Source of the DNA: an uncultured bacterium | GTDB taxonomy: Bacteria > B130-G9 | Reading direction: 5' to 3' | Length of the DNA stretch: 47,315 nucleotides | Assembly (NCBI GenBank): GCA_965372715.1 | Contig: CBDVDH010000028.1 | Coordinates: forward strand, 1 to 47,315 | Shown: positions 46,005-47,315 of the stretch, in pieces | How the letters are laid out: every line of letters begins with the position of its first letter | Numbering within the stretch: the stretch's first letter is position 1 | Notes under the pieces: generated by a model | What the model saw: the letters and a program-made list of their open reading frames with translations, nothing else | Databases searched by the model: none | Told to the model about the DNA's origin: nothing | Position numbers and translations under genes: made by a program

Positions 46005-46607
46005 ATGCCGGGGATAAGATGCTTTAAGCTAGTCTTTTTTCTCAGTCTCGTCATTTTTGCCTCGGCCACTCCGATTGGTGGTAGGGCCCAGGAGCGGTAC
46101 CTTAACCAAGAGCTGGAGAGCCTCGCTTCCCCCTCCCCTGAGTCCGCTGCATCCGCTGCGCCGGCCGACGAGCCTTCTTTCATGCAGCTCTCGGTGCGGA
46201 TGTTCATCGTTCTCACGGTTGTGGTTGGGCTGATCATCCTCCTTGGGTTTGGCATGAGGAGATTCTTGAAGGGCAAACGGTTTGGGTCTGGCAAGATTGC
46301 CAACGTGCTTTCTGTTACGCACGTTGTGGACAGGAAATACATCGCTGTTGTTGAGGTTCTTGGAAGGACGTTAATCGTTGGCGTCGGCGCCGACTCGGTT
46401 ACCCTCCTGTCCGACATGGGACCCGCGCTTCCCTTAGAACAGGAAGAGGCGGGCTCTTCTGTGCCAGTGAGCCGCGATCGGGACGCGGCAGGTTTCTCCG
46501 ACGTGCTGGCGGACAAGCTCGCTGGGTTGGAATCTGCCCAGGCCTCGTCGTTTCTGGATGATCTGAGTGAGCAGGTAAAGAAGAAAATCTCGCGCCTCAA
46601 GGAATGA
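46005..46607 (+). CDS. fliO: Flagellar biosynthesis protein FliO
   Basis: TM followed by IAVVEVLGRTLIVGVGADSVTLL; located after fliN. Confidence 0.82.
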   Translation: MPGIRCFKLVFFLSLVIFASATPIGGRAQERYLNQELESLASPSPESAASAAPADEPSFMQLSVRMFIVLTVVVGLIILLGFGMRRFLKGKRFGSGKIANVLSVTHVVDRKYIAVVEVLGRTLIVGVGADSVTLLSDMGPALPLEQEEAGSSVPVSRDRDAAGFSDVLADKLAGLESAQASSFLDDLSEQVKKKISRLKE

Positions 46608-46645
46608 GCGTGCCCGGTCAAGGATGAAGGATGATTGTAGAGGAC

Positions 46646-46709
46646 TCCACGAAGGACACGAAGACACACTAAGAAAGAACCTTCGTGTACCTTCGTGCGT
46701 CTTCGTGGA
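46646..46709. repeat. Inverted repeat with ~10-bp periodic sub-repeats (CACGAAG / CTTCGTG)
   Basis: TCCACGAAGGACACGAAGACACACTAAG .. CTTCGTGTACCTTCGTGCGTCTTCGTGGA. Confidence 0.75.
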
Positions 46710-46750
46710 TCATTTCAGGTATGTTCTCGGACATGGAGACCACGAGGATT

Positions 46751-47083
46751 ATGCGGAATAGTACTTTTTCTGGAGTGCCAGTCTTGAAGGTGTTCGGCAG
46801 TTCGACGTGCCCGAAGTGCGCGGACGCGAAGTCGCGACTTTTGCAGCATAGGATCCCTTTCAAGTATTTCAACGTGTCCAATGCCAAGGGATTGGCCGAG
46901 GCTGCGTACCACGGTCTTGTGAACGACCAGTTTCCCGTCCTTCTTCTGGTGGGACAAGACGGCGAGGTAATCACGAGATTCCGCGCGGTCATGCACGCGA
47001 TCTCGGGCATAGAGAGAAAATCGCTCTTCTCGCAAAACAAGCAAATGGAAATCCCCCTTTCCGAGGATGACCTAGCCTGCTGA
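46751..47083 (+). CDS. Glutaredoxin/NrdH-like thioredoxin-fold protein
   Basis: LKVFGSSTCPKC (CxxC), GLAEAAY..FPVLLL cis-Pro region. GAGG RBS before ATG 46751. Confidence 0.7.
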   Translation: MRNSTFSGVPVLKVFGSSTCPKCADAKSRLLQHRIPFKYFNVSNAKGLAEAAYHGLVNDQFPVLLLVGQDGEVITRFRAVMHAISGIERKSLFSQNKQMEIPLSEDDLAC

Positions 47084-47134
47084 CGCAGAGCAGCCGAGGC
47101 GCTTGGAGGGCAGAACTTGGCTCAGCGATGGCAA

Positions 47135-47315
47135 GTAGGGGCGGCTCACGGAGGCTGGGAGCATAATTGCACGCGGGGTGTGTAGTAGCGCGGTCTGAAG
47201 ACCCGCCCGTTCTAATTGATTGCCCTGTCGAGGTCCGCGTATTCGATTGAATTGACATAGCCCGAATAATTCAAGGGCATGACTCTCGTCGGTGTGGGGC
47301 GGGCTTTCCAGCCTG
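47135..47315. repeat. Composite REP/MITE-like repeat (truncated by window end)
   Basis: 47135-47166 resembles the reverse complement of 16552-16582; 47182-47220 resembles 16331-16368; 47258-47315 resembles 4607-4665. Confidence 0.85.

Overview
A GC-rich, Gram-negative-type bacterial segment (47.3 kb) that begins and ends inside dispersed palindromic repeats, so it may be a whole contig. Housekeeping genes: tolQ/tolR-like pair, rpmH (missed by the ORF track), an in-frame rnpA-yidD fusion, yidC, dksA, PMM/PGM, recD2, pta, a sigma-70 factor, yjbQ, tRNA-Gln(CTG) and tRNA-Glu(CTC). Glycan genes: rfbC, rfbB, GT2, two GT4 and two tandem GT-C proteins with a carbohydrate-binding-like insert. Flagellar-type genes: motA, two motB, fliL, fliN, fliO and a displaced fliP. 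Accessory content: an IS200-type Y1 transposase with hairpin-rich inverted ends, many REP-like elements, a stand-alone ABC-ATPase/TOPRIM protein, an orphan MNT antitoxin with a truncated HEPN partner, and a frameshifted LRR-Roc-COR (Roco) gene flanked by circularly permuted hairpin repeats. Best leads: (1) the RnpA-YidD fusion; (2) a two-MotB stator in which one MotB has Cys in place of the essential Asp; (3) a ~7.1-kb inversion, bounded by a short imperfect inverted repeat, that would rejoin fliO to fliP; (4) a hairpin-repeat/Y1-transposase system that may move cargo and promoters. All family calls come from motif recognition by eye; no database searches were run.
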